Program-made: the position numbers and the translations under genes
From: an uncultured Verrucomicrobiae bacterium
Lineage (GTDB): Bacteria; Verrucomicrobiota; Verrucomicrobiia; Chthoniobacterales; JAATET01
DNA length: 64,000 nt
NCBI GenBank assembly: GCA_963719495.1
Contig: CAVRCI010000014.1
Location: 128,001 to 192,000, forward strand
Direction of reading: 5' to 3'
Part shown: one piece after another, positions 12,347-21,857 of the stretch
Position numbering within the stretch: position 1 is the first letter of the stretch
Layout of the letters: every line of letters begins with the position of its first letter
Notes under the pieces: generated by a model
The model's input: the letters and a program-made list of their open reading frames with translations, nothing else
Told to the model about the DNA's origin: nothing
Databases searched by the model: none

Positions 12347-13228
12347 TTAGAACTTGGGGGCTTTGACGGTGCCGGCGGCGGTGTCGGTGCGGCGGCGGTT
12401 GACGATTCTTCCGGCGATTTCGTGGACCATTTCTTCGAGGAGGAGTCTGAGGTGGCTGCCTCGGCGGAAGTCGGAGGGGGCGATGTTTTTCACCCGGTCG
12501 GCGTGGACGCAGAGTTGGTAGCATTTCTTGAAGGAGGAGCGGGTGGGGTCTTCGGCGTTGTAGACGGCGATGGCCTGGCCGCCGTTGCGGCGCATGACGG
12601 TGAAGCAGGGGACGTCGGTGGGGCCGTCGCCGACGTAGACCATGTTGGGGAACGGGATGGGCCGGAGGTCGGGGGCGAGGTGATCGTTCACGTCTTCGGT
12701 CATGTCGAGCATGCCTTTGTTGATGCGGAAGAGGTATTGGGTCTTCTGGGTGTGACTGATGGTGCGGCGGGGGAAGCTGATGCGGCCATCTTTGTCTTCG
12801 GCGAATTCGCAGCCGAAGATGGCGCGGATGTAGGGCGCGAGGCGGCTGCCTTCGATGAGGATCTTGAGGCCGGATGAGATGATGTAGTGCTCGACGGTGA
12901 TGCCGTGGGCTTCGTGCTCGGGGGTGAGGAGGCCGCTCTGGAACTCCTGAAACATCTCGGGGAGGCCGGCGTAGAAGTTCATTTTCTCGCCGAGTTGGCG
13001 GAGTTCGTCGTTGGTCGGGCGGTCCATGCCGAGGGTGTCGAGCATGACCTTCATGTAGGCGAGTTCGCTGTCGTAGCCTTCGTCGTTGACGAGTTCGGTG
13101 CAGCGCTCCCAGAAGCTCTTTGGGTTGATGCCGAAGTGCGGGAAGATGGCCTCGTCCTGCATGTAGTTGGGACTGAGCGTCTGATCGTAGTCGTAGACGA
13201 TCGCGATGATGTTTTGCGGTGATGCCAT
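12347..13228 (-). CDS. HAD-superfamily hydrolase
   Basis: Motif I YDYDQTL, IISSG, YVGDGPTDVP. Confidence 0.88.
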   Translation of the reverse strand: MASPQNIIAIVYDYDQTLSPNYMQDEAIFPHFGINPKSFWERCTELVNDEGYDSELAYMKVMLDTLGMDRPTNDELRQLGEKMNFYAGLPEMFQEFQSGLLTPEHEAHGITVEHYIISSGLKILIEGSRLAPYIRAIFGCEFAEDKDGRISFPRRTISHTQKTQYLFRINKGMLDMTEDVNDHLAPDLRPIPFPNMVYVGDGPTDVPCFTVMRRNGGQAIAVYNAEDPTRSSFKKCYQLCVHADRVKNIAPSDFRRGSHLRLLLEEMVHEIAGRIVNRRRTDTAAGTVKAPKF

Positions 13229-13258
13229 GGTGGGTTTTGAAGCTTAGGATGAGACTGA

Positions 13259-13389
13259 GACAGGATTTACGGGATTTTCAGGATTATGCGGAGGGAGTTT
13301 CGGGTCGTGAGTCCGGCGCTCTGACCGCGGAGCGGTGCACGCTTTCTGACGAATTGAAATTAAATCCTCTCAATCTTGTTAATCCTGTC
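13259..13389. repeat. Empty copy of the ACAGGATT/AATCCTGT palindromic element
   Basis: gacaggatttacgggattttcaggatt ... aatcctctcaatcttgttaatcctgtc. Confidence 0.7.
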
Positions 13390-15414
13390 GGTTTCCGGGG
13401 TTGGATTGAATTGCCAAGTGGTTGGGCCGTGGGTTGCCTCGTGTTGGGCGATGACCGATTGGATGGTGGCGTTGAGCTGGTCCCACTCGACGGGTTTCGT
13501 CATGTGGCGGGTGAAGCGGCCGGCGCGGGAGCGCTCGACGTCCTCGTCGAGGCCGAAACCGGTGAGGGCGATGGTGGCGGTGCGTTTGGGATCGATGCAG
13601 GGAATGAGCTCGAGGCCGGAGCCATCGGGCAGACCGAGGTCGGAGATCAGGAGGTCGTAAGTGTCCGCGGACAGCGCCGCTTTGGCGTCGGCGATGGTCG
13701 TGGCGGTGGTGACATCGTGACCGGAACGCGCGATGAGTCGAGAGAGGATCGTGAGGGTCGAGTCGTGATCCTCGGTGATGAGGACTTTGAGACTGGCGGG
13801 GTCCGGGGTGCGCGCGGGTGCCTCGGTTGCGGCTGAGTGGGCGGGGCGGGGGAGGGTGTCGAATTCCACGCTGAAGGTGGAGCCGGTGCCGGGACCGTCG
13901 CTGGCGGCGCGGATGGTGCCGTGGTGGCCGTCGACGAGGGCTTTGGCGATGGCGAGTCCGAGCCCGAGACCGCCGAATTGGGCGGTGATGTTGCGGCCGC
14001 CCTGTTCGAACGCGTCGAAGATGGTGGCGATGCGTTCGGGGGGGATGCCGACTCCGGTGTCCTGGACTTCGATGAGGAGTCGGTCGGGGCGGGGGTTGCG
14101 GGTGCGGATGGTGACGGTGCCGCCGTCCTGGCTGAATTTGACGGCGTTCTGCACGAGATTCCAAACGATTTGCTGGAGGCGGGAGCTGTCGCCTTCGATG
14201 TAATGATCGTTGGCGGTGGTCTCGATGAGGATGGGGACCTGGGCGCGGGCGGCGGTGCTGACGGCGCAGATGCCGCGAACGGTCTCGAGCAGCTGGTGGC
14301 AATCGACGGTCTCGAAGCGGAGTTCGAGTTTGCCCTGGACGACGCGGGTGAGGTCGAGGAGGTCGTCGATGAGGCGGGCTTCGAGTTCGACGTTGCGCTG
14401 GATCATGGCGAGGTCGTCGCGAAGATCGTCGGGCAGGCCGCCCTGCGAGTTGCGGAACGAGAGGCACATGAGGATGGGGGTGAGGGGGGTGCGGAGCTCG
14501 TGCGAAAGGGTGGCGAGAAAGTGGTCCTTGGCGGCGTTCGCGGCTTCGGCTTGAGCTTTGGCTTCGCGGAGGGCGGCCTCGGCGCGTTTGCGTTTGGTGA
14601 TGTTCATCGTGACGCCGATGAAGCGTTTGATGCCGAGGGCGGGGTCTTCGAGGAAACGGCCGGCGGCGGCGACCCAGCGTTCGATTTTGTCATCGAAACC
14701 GATGGTGCGGTATTCGACTTCGTAACGGCCGCTGCCGCCGGGGGCGAGGCTTGCGGCCACGGCGGACTCCACGAGTGCGACGTCGTCGGGGTGGAGGCAG
14801 GTGAGAAACCGTTCGTAGGTGGCGGGTGTGCCGGGTGCCATGCCGAAGTGGGCGCGGCAGCGGTCGTCCCAAACGAGCACATCCGTCTCGGGGGTGAATT
14901 CCCACGATCCCACTCCCGCGGATTCGGCGGCGATGCTGAGTCGGTTTTCGCTATCGTCCTGGGCTCGGGAGGCGGCGTCGCGCTGGGTGAGCAAGTCGCG
15001 CACCTGCCATTGCCGGATGCGGGCGCGGAGAGCGGTGCGGGTGATCGAGACGAGGGTCGACGGTCGGTAGGGACGCTCGACGATCGAGACGAAGGTCGCG
15101 GGGGCGAGTTGGAGGGTCGGGTCATCGCCGGGGCCCGGGTCGGCGGATTCGCGGGTGAGCAGGATGATGGGCAGATCGGACCAGGCGGGGCGGTCGACGG
15201 TTTTCCCGAGGAAGGATTCGAACGCGGGGCCGGTGAGAATTTCCTCCGCCAGAATGATCGCGCCGACGTCCTCGCGAATGGCGGCGGTGAGCGTGGCGAG
15301 GTCGGGGAAGATCGTGGTCCGGATCTCGGCTTCGACGAGAAGACGGCTGACGTTGGCGGCGTCGTCGACGGTCGGAGCGACGATGAGGACCGGGCCGGGT
15401 AAGTAGTCGCGCAT
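13360..15414 (-). CDS. Hybrid sensor histidine kinase (REC-like/PAS/HisKA/HATPase/REC)
   Basis: SHELRTPL H-box, NLVQNAVKF, GLGLGLAI, C-terminal DLGLPDGSG receiver. Confidence 0.93.
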   Translation of the reverse strand: MRDYLPGPVLIVAPTVDDAANVSRLLVEAEIRTTIFPDLATLTAAIREDVGAIILAEEILTGPAFESFLGKTVDRPAWSDLPIILLTRESADPGPGDDPTLQLAPATFVSIVERPYRPSTLVSITRTALRARIRQWQVRDLLTQRDAASRAQDDSENRLSIAAESAGVGSWEFTPETDVLVWDDRCRAHFGMAPGTPATYERFLTCLHPDDVALVESAVAASLAPGGSGRYEVEYRTIGFDDKIERWVAAAGRFLEDPALGIKRFIGVTMNITKRKRAEAALREAKAQAEAANAAKDHFLATLSHELRTPLTPILMCLSFRNSQGGLPDDLRDDLAMIQRNVELEARLIDDLLDLTRVVQGKLELRFETVDCHQLLETVRGICAVSTAARAQVPILIETTANDHYIEGDSSRLQQIVWNLVQNAVKFSQDGGTVTIRTRNPRPDRLLIEVQDTGVGIPPERIATIFDAFEQGGRNITAQFGGLGLGLAIAKALVDGHHGTIRAASDGPGTGSTFSVEFDTLPRPAHSAATEAPARTPDPASLKVLITEDHDSTLTILSRLIARSGHDVTTATTIADAKAALSADTYDLLISDLGLPDGSGLELIPCIDPKRTATIALTGFGLDEDVERSRAGRFTRHMTKPVEWDQLNATIQSVIAQHEATHGPTTWQFNPTPETDRINKIERI

Positions 15415-15451
15415 GGACGGGCGGGATGGTGAAAGCGGTGGGGTGCCAGCG

Positions 15452-16558
15452 TCAATCGAAGATTAGGATCAGATACGCGAGGAAGAGGACGAGGTGGACG
15501 GCACCTTGGAGGATGTTCGTCTTGCCGCCGGAGAAGGTGATGAACGCGCTACCGAGGGTGACGACGAGGAGGATGGAATTCGCGGGATTGAGCCCGAGGG
15601 TGAGCGGGTGGCCGGTGAAGAGGGTGATGATGACGACGGCGGGAATGGTGAGGCCGATGGACGCGACGGCGGAGCCGAGGAGGAGATTGATGGAGCGTTG
15701 GAGGCGGTTGTCGAGCGCGGCGAAGAGGGCGCTGAGGCCCTCGGGGGCGAGGACCATGATGGCGACGATCACGCCGCCGAGGGCCTGGGGCGCGCCGAGG
15801 TCGGCGATGGCGTAGTCGACGGTGTAGCCGAGGTTTTTGGCGAGAAGGACGATGGGGACGAGGTAGGCGAGGAGCAGGACGACGTGATAGCCGATGGAGG
15901 GTTTCGGTTTTTCCGAGTCCTCGGAGGAGTCGGCGGAGTCGGTGGGTTCGGCGAAGAACTCGCGGTGGCGGGCGGTTTGGATGGCGAGGAAGACGCCGTA
16001 GATGAGGAAGGCGATGAGGCCGACGAAGATGAGCTGGGGCGTCGAGAAGGTGCCCTCGGACGTGGAGCGGGTGAAATTCGGGAGGATGAGGACGCAGACC
16101 GAGAGCGGGAGGAGGACGCCGAGGTAGGATTGGGCGGACTGGAGATTGTAGGTCTGTTCGTGGTGGCGGATACCGCCGAGGAGGAGGGCGAGGCCGGCGA
16201 GGCCGTTGATCACGATCATGATGACGGCGAACATCGTGTCGCGGGCGATGCCGGCGTTCGGCTCGCCGGTGAACATGACGGCGGCGATGATGCTGACCTC
16301 GATGCACATCACCGCGAGCGTGAGGACGAGGGTGCCGAGGGGCTCGCCGAGTTCGTGGGCGATGACGTCGGCGTGGCGCAGGACGGAGAAGGCGGCCCAG
16401 AGGATGATGCCGACGAGCCAGACGGTGAAGAGTGAGAAGGCGCCGAGGCTGCCGACGTTTTTTACCGGATCGGCGAGGACGGTGAAGAAGAGCGCGGTGG
16501 AGATCAGGCAGCCGATGAGGGCGGCTTCGCGGCGGAGAAAGGAGGCGAGGGCGGTCAA
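15452..16558 (-). CDS. chaA: Ca2+/H+ antiporter (ChaA/CaCA family)
   Basis: [41 protein letters not shown]. Confidence 0.85.
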   Translation of the reverse strand: MTALASFLRREAALIGCLISTALFFTVLADPVKNVGSLGAFSLFTVWLVGIILWAAFSVLRHADVIAHELGEPLGTLVLTLAVMCIEVSIIAAVMFTGEPNAGIARDTMFAVIMIVINGLAGLALLLGGIRHHEQTYNLQSAQSYLGVLLPLSVCVLILPNFTRSTSEGTFSTPQLIFVGLIAFLIYGVFLAIQTARHREFFAEPTDSADSSEDSEKPKPSIGYHVVLLLAYLVPIVLLAKNLGYTVDYAIADLGAPQALGGVIVAIMVLAPEGLSALFAALDNRLQRSINLLLGSAVASIGLTIPAVVIITLFTGHPLTLGLNPANSILLVVTLGSAFITFSGGKTNILQGAVHLVLFLAYLILIFD

Positions 16559-17439
16559 TCGTCGAGGACGGCGGTGAGCGCCGATGCAACGGTAGGAAAG
16601 CGGAATTCATAACCGCTGGCCAGCGTGGCTTTGGGGAGCACGCGCTGGCTGTCGAGGAGGAGGTGGGAGAGCTCGCCGAGGGTGATTTTGAGCAGGAGCG
16701 CGGGAGCGGGGATGACGGCGGGGCGGTGGGCGGCCTTGGCGGCGGCGAGGGTGAACTCCGCGTTGCGGACGGGTTCGGGGACGACGGCGTTGAGCGGGCC
16801 GGAGACGCCTTCGGTCTCGATCGCGTGAAGGATGAGTCCGGCGACGTCATCGACGTGGACGCAGGACATCCATTGCTGGCCATCGCCGAGGCGGCCGCCG
16901 AGTCCGGCTTTGAAGACGGGGCCGACGAGTTTCATCGCGCCGCCTTCGCCGATCACGAAGCCGGTGCGGAGTGCGACCGTGCGGACGCGGTCGGGGGCCT
17001 GATCGGCTTCGGCTTCCCAGAGGCGGGCGACCTTGGCGAGGAAGCCGGTGCCGGCGGGTTCCGATTCGTCTACGGCGGTGTCGCCGGTGTCGCCGTAGTA
17101 GCCGATGGCGGAGCCGCAGATGAAGATGCCGGGGCCGTGGTCGGAGGCGCGGAGGGCTTCGACGACGCGGCGGGTGCCGTCGATGCGGCTATCGAGGATG
17201 CGGCGTTTTTTCGACGGGGTCCAGAGTCCCATGATGGATTCGCCAGCGAGGTGGACGATGGCGTCGAGGCCGGAGAGATCGGGGATCTCGTCGGTGGCGA
17301 AGTGGCGGGTTTCGACGAAGCCAGGGGTGGGTTTTTTCGCGGTGCGGGAGAAGGCGACGAGCTCGTGTCCGTGGTCGCGGGCTTGCTGGGCGAGGTGGCT
17401 GCCGATGAAGCCGGTGGCTCCGGTGATTCCGATTTTCAT
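16555..17439 (-). CDS. TIGR01777-family NAD-dependent epimerase/oxidoreductase (YfcH-like)
   Basis: [32 protein letters not shown]. Confidence 0.9.
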   Translation of the reverse strand: MKIGITGATGFIGSHLAQQARDHGHELVAFSRTAKKPTPGFVETRHFATDEIPDLSGLDAIVHLAGESIMGLWTPSKKRRILDSRIDGTRRVVEALRASDHGPGIFICGSAIGYYGDTGDTAVDESEPAGTGFLAKVARLWEAEADQAPDRVRTVALRTGFVIGEGGAMKLVGPVFKAGLGGRLGDGQQWMSCVHVDDVAGLILHAIETEGVSGPLNAVVPEPVRNAEFTLAAAKAAHRPAVIPAPALLLKITLGELSHLLLDSQRVLPKATLASGYEFRFPTVASALTAVLDD

Positions 17440-17482
17440 TTGGTCTGGATACGTGTGTCGGGGGTGGGGTGGGTGGCTTTTG

Positions 17483-17558
17483 GAGTGCGGCTTCGCCGGG
17501 TTGGGGACGGGTGCCGACCTGGAAGGTCGGCACGGCGACCAGGATGGTCGCGGTCCCC
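17483..17558. repeat. REP-like element (copies also at 19750-19827 and 38748-38823)
   Basis: Shared GAGTGC.GCTTCGC.GGGTTGG ... hairpins ... CGCGGTCCCC in three intergenic sites. Confidence 0.7.
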
Positions 17559-17613
17559 GGGGCGCGGCGCGCCCTTGTCAGGGTGGTGTGCGGGCATTAT
17601 TGGTTTCGGCCTG

Positions 17614-18708
17614 ATGGGGAGTGTTTTTGGTAGTTTGTTTCGAATTTCGACCTGGGGCGAGTCCCACGGTGGGGGCGTGGGCGTGGTGATCGATGGGTGT
17701 CCGGCTCTTTTGCCTTTGACGGAGGCCGACCTTCAGCCGGCTTTGGATCGGCGACGACCGGGTCAGAGTGAGATCGTGACTCCGCGGAAGGAGTCGGATA
17801 CGTGTCGGATTCTGAGTGGGACCTTCGAGGGGAAGACTCTGGGGACGCCGATTTCGATCATGGTCCCGAACACGGATGCGCGGCCCGAGGCCTATTCCGA
17901 GATGGAGACGATGTATCGGCCTTCGCACGCGGATTACACCTACGACGCCAAATACGGGATTCGGAATTGGCAGGGTGGCGGTCGGGCTTCGGCGCGGGAG
18001 ACGATCGGGCGCGTGGCGGCTGGGGCGGTGGCGGAGAAGTGGCTGCGGTCGGTTTACGAGGGGCTGGAAATCGTGGCCTGGGTGAGTGGGATTCACGATC
18101 TGGGGTCGGAGGTGAACGCGGCGACGGTGTCGCGGGACGACGTGGAGGCGAACGTGGTGCGGTGTCCGGACGGGGCGGCGGCGGAGCGGATGATCGAGCG
18201 GATCAAGGCCGTGCGGAGCGAGGGGGATTCCATCGGCGGGGTGATCGAGTGCGTTCTGCGGGGTGTGCCGGCGGGACTGGGTGAGCCGGTTTTTGATAAG
18301 TTGGAGGCGGATCTGGCGAAGGCGATGATGAGTCTGCCGGCAACGAAGGGGTTCGAGATCGGGTCGGGGTTTGCCGGGACGCGGATGCGCGGGTCGGAGC
18401 ACAACGATGCGTTTGAGATGCGCGATGGGAAGGTCGGGACTGCGACGAATCTTTCGGGTGGCGTGCAGGGGGGGATTTCGAACGGCGAGACGATCGCGTT
18501 TCGGATCGCGTTCAAACCGACGGCGACGATCTCGCGGGCGCAGCGGACGGTCACGTCGGGCGGCGAGGCGGCGGAACTGAAGGCGCGCGGTCGGCACGAC
18601 GCGTGCGTGCTGCCGCGGGCGGTGCCGATGGTCGAGGCGATGGCGGCTTTGGTGGTGGCTGATCACGCGCTGCGGCAGCGGGCGGTGGGTCGGCCGCTGC
18701 GGCCGTGA
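17614..18708 (+). CDS. aroC: Chorismate synthase
   Basis: TWGESHG, RPSHAD, RASARET, GRHDACV; start reset to ATG 17614. Confidence 0.96.
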   Translation: MGSVFGSLFRISTWGESHGGGVGVVIDGCPALLPLTEADLQPALDRRRPGQSEIVTPRKESDTCRILSGTFEGKTLGTPISIMVPNTDARPEAYSEMETMYRPSHADYTYDAKYGIRNWQGGGRASARETIGRVAAGAVAEKWLRSVYEGLEIVAWVSGIHDLGSEVNAATVSRDDVEANVVRCPDGAAAERMIERIKAVRSEGDSIGGVIECVLRGVPAGLGEPVFDKLEADLAKAMMSLPATKGFEIGSGFAGTRMRGSEHNDAFEMRDGKVGTATNLSGGVQGGISNGETIAFRIAFKPTATISRAQRTVTSGGEAAELKARGRHDACVLPRAVPMVEAMAALVVADHALRQRAVGRPLRP

Positions 18709-18826
18709 TTGGTGAATGGTGAAGGGTGAATGGTGGGATGCGCTTTTTGCGGGCGTCGTGGGTAGTTCGCGGGGGTATTCGCATTTCCACCCTTCACCGT
18801 TCCCCCTTCACTCATAACCAGCTCCC

Positions 18827-19693
18827 ATGCCCGAAGGATCGTCCATTTACAGTAGCGCGTTCCTGATCTGGACGATCTTGACGATCGCTTGGTCGACTTG
18901 GGTCGGGTGGAAGAGGGGGGTGGTGCGGTCGATCGTTTCGTTGGCCGGGATGTTGGCGGGCTTTTTCGCCGGGATGGCGGCGGCGGGGGTGGTTGCTCCA
19001 TTATTGGGGTGGCTGATTCCGGTGCCAGCGGTGGTGATCGGAGTCGTCGTGGGATTGGTGGTTGGGATCGGGGTTTGGGCGGTGATCGCGATTTTCGGCG
19101 CGATTTTGTTCAAGACGACGGAGCATCAGGGTTCGTTTTTGCTGCGCCTGTTTTACGGTGGTGGTGGGGCGGTCATTGGGGTCCTGCTGGGATTGACGTG
19201 GGTCTGGGGGGCGCTGTTTTTGGTGCGGGGTTTGGGGGCGTTTTCGGAGCCGCGGTTTGGCGACGTGGCGAAGTATTACGGGGTGCCGGAGCCGGGGTTT
19301 CTCGAGGAAATGGCGGTGCGGATCAATCAATCGATCGAGGTCGGATCGGTCGGGCACGTGCTGGAGGCGATGGATCCGATGCCGGAGAGCACCTACCGAA
19401 TGATGGGGAAGGTCGGGCGGCTTGCGTCGGATCCGTCGGCCTTGCAGCGGCTGTTGGATCAGCCGCAGATCCGGGAGCTGACCGGCGACGAGACGTTCGT
19501 GGAGCTGGCGGCGGATGACGGGGTGAACGCAGCGGCGCGGAGCGGGGAGGTGAAGAATCTGCTTACGAACGAGAAGTTGCTGCGGGCGGCGAGCGATCCG
19601 GGATTGATCGAGAAGATGCGGGCGATCGACTTCGAGGCGGCCTTGGATGGGGCTTTGGAAGATCAGCCGCCGATGAACGGTGATTTGGAATGA
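18827..19693 (+). CDS. CvpA-family membrane protein
   Basis: GWKRGVVRSIVSL N-terminal motif and about four TM segments. Confidence 0.65.
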   Translation: MPEGSSIYSSAFLIWTILTIAWSTWVGWKRGVVRSIVSLAGMLAGFFAGMAAAGVVAPLLGWLIPVPAVVIGVVVGLVVGIGVWAVIAIFGAILFKTTEHQGSFLLRLFYGGGGAVIGVLLGLTWVWGALFLVRGLGAFSEPRFGDVAKYYGVPEPGFLEEMAVRINQSIEVGSVGHVLEAMDPMPESTYRMMGKVGRLASDPSALQRLLDQPQIRELTGDETFVELAADDGVNAAARSGEVKNLLTNEKLLRAASDPGLIEKMRAIDFEAALDGALEDQPPMNGDLE

Positions 19694-19908
19694 GGAATCG
19701 CGGAATTCGCGGATTTCGCGGATGGTGAAATTTGCGGTTGCGGAGAGGGGAGTGCCGCTTCGCGGGGTTGGTTTGGATGCGTCGAGCTGGAAGCTCGCCG
19801 CTGCGACCAGGATGGTCGCGGTCCCCCGGCGCACTTCGTGCGCCAGGGCAACGCGATATTTTCATTTTTCGGCGTTATCTGCGTAGTCTGGGCTCCCAAT
19901 TTTTATTT

Positions 19909-21369
19909 ATGTCTGATCTCGAATACGTCGCCACGATTGGCCTGGAAGTTCACGTGCAGCTCAAGACCCGGAGCAAGATGTTCTGCGGGTGCGCGGTGGA
20001 GTTTGGCGCTGAGCCGAATACCCACGTTTGCCCGGTCTGTCTCGGGATGCCGGGCGCGCTGCCGGTGATGAACGAGGAGGCGCTGCGGCTGACGGCGCTG
20101 GCGGGGTTGATGCTGGGGTGCGGCATCGCTCCGCGGTGCAAGTTCGACCGGAAGAATTACTTCTACCCGGACATGCCGAAGAACTATCAGATTTCGCAAT
20201 ACGATCTGCCGATTTGCCTGAATGGCGCGGTGCCGTTGCATGACCTCGCTTACCCGAAGGACGCGCAGAAGACGATCTCGACCAAGGACAAACGCGTGCG
20301 GTTGACGCGGATTCATTTGGAGGAGGATGTTGCGAAGAGCACGCACGGCGAGGCCGGGACGGCGATTGATTTCAACCGGGCGGGGACGCCGTTGATGGAG
20401 ATCGTGAGCGAGCCGGACATCGCTTCGCCGGAGGAGGCGTTCGCCTACCTGACGGTGCTGCAGCAGGTGATGATTTATGGTGGCGTGAGCGACGCGGACA
20501 TGGAGAAGGGGATGCTGCGTTGCGACGTGAACGTTTCCGTGGCTCCGGTCGGGTCGAAGGAGTGGGGGACGAAGATCGAGGTGAAGAACATGAACTCGAT
20601 CAGCGGCGTGCGGCGCGCGTTGGCGTTCGAGATCCCGCGGCAGATCGCGGCCTACCGGGCGGGCGAGACTTTGGATCAGGAAACCCGGCGCTGGGACGAC
20701 ACGATCGGTGAGACGACGCTCATGCGGATCAAGGAGTCGGCGCACGATTACCGCTACTTTCCCGATCCGGATTTGCTCCCGGTCGAGACGGCGGATCTCG
20801 TGGCGACGGCTCGGGACCGGATGCCGGAGCTGCCCTGGGACAAGCGGGCGCGGTTCGTGGCGGATTACGAGGTGAGCGAGTCGGACGCGGGGACGTTGGC
20901 GAACGACCTGGCGCTGGCGACGTATTTCGAGACGGCGGCGAAGGGGGCGAAGAAGCCGAAGAGCGTGGCGAATTGGATCCTCAACGACCTGCAGAGTTCG
21001 CTGGCGACGGAGGGCGTGGCGATCGCGGATTGCCCGATTGCACCGGAGGCTTTGGATGAGTTGGTCGGCTTGATCGACGCGGGGAAGATCAGCGGCAAAC
21101 AAGGGAAGGAAGTGTTCGCGGAGATGTTCGCGACGCGGAAAGCGGCGGCGGAAATCGTGAAGGAGAAGGGGCTCGAGCAGGTGAGCGACTCGGGGGCGAT
21201 CGAGGCCTTTGCGGACGAGGTGATTGCGGCGAACCCCGGACCGGTGGCGGAATACAAGGCGGGGAAGACCTCGGTGATCAACTTTCTCAAAGGTCAAGTG
21301 ATGAAGGCTTCGCGGGGGAAGGCGAACCCAGCTCTGGCGGGTGAAGTGCTCGAGCGGAAGCTGGGATAG
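19909..21369 (+). CDS. gatB: Asp/Glu-tRNA amidotransferase subunit B
   Basis: IGLEVHVQL, RKNYFYPD, HLEED, YRYFPDPDL; start reset to ATG 19909. Confidence 0.97.
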   Translation: MSDLEYVATIGLEVHVQLKTRSKMFCGCAVEFGAEPNTHVCPVCLGMPGALPVMNEEALRLTALAGLMLGCGIAPRCKFDRKNYFYPDMPKNYQISQYDLPICLNGAVPLHDLAYPKDAQKTISTKDKRVRLTRIHLEEDVAKSTHGEAGTAIDFNRAGTPLMEIVSEPDIASPEEAFAYLTVLQQVMIYGGVSDADMEKGMLRCDVNVSVAPVGSKEWGTKIEVKNMNSISGVRRALAFEIPRQIAAYRAGETLDQETRRWDDTIGETTLMRIKESAHDYRYFPDPDLLPVETADLVATARDRMPELPWDKRARFVADYEVSESDAGTLANDLALATYFETAAKGAKKPKSVANWILNDLQSSLATEGVAIADCPIAPEALDELVGLIDAGKISGKQGKEVFAEMFATRKAAAEIVKEKGLEQVSDSGAIEAFADEVIAANPGPVAEYKAGKTSVINFLKGQVMKASRGKANPALAGEVLERKLG

Positions 21370-21424
21370 GCGTCGGGGAATACCAATACAAATACCGAAC
21401 CACGGCCGAGCGAAGCGAGACAGC

Positions 21425-21790
21425 CTGTCGGTGCCGAAGCGCCGTTCGATCTTGCCCGTGGCCCGCGGGGGTGGGAGCTACGAGGTGAGCGGAACCGAGG
21501 CTCAGCATGGCGCGCTTGAACCCGCTTTTGGGATCGCGGGAAGAGCCCAGCGCGCGAAGGCTTCGCGGGAGTGCTCGAAGTGGAGCCAAGTGGTGTCCGA
21601 CCCGACGAAGCGGCCCGCCAGATTGAGTCCGGAGGTGTCGTCCACGGCAAGTAGGAGGGTTTGCTCGGAGTTGCCCGGCCACCACTGGTGGATGGAGCTG
21701 TCGTGTTGCCAGAGTTCTCCGATGTGCTCGCGGCGGAAGCGTCGGTAAACCCGGGGCGGGCGGGCCGCAGAGGGCGCCAAGTGCGCGTAG
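21425..21790 (-). pseudogene. Frameshifted IS481/ISNCY-like transposase remnant
   Basis: GELWQHDSS.HQW...VDD core; GKIERRFG in another frame; no start or intact reading frame. Confidence 0.7.
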
Positions 21791-21857
21791 AGTGCTTTGA
21801 CGGGGGCCTCGACCGTGGAGCGCGCCAGCGCGGGAAGCGCCTTTCCGTTGGCCTTCG

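Noticed and set aside
16663..17613. Long N-terminal extensions on aroC (also gatB, argF, thiD, the peptidase, Abi and the kinases)
   Set aside because: Longest-ORF artefacts in GC-rich DNA that overlap other genes or repeats. Starts were reset to family-typical N-termini.
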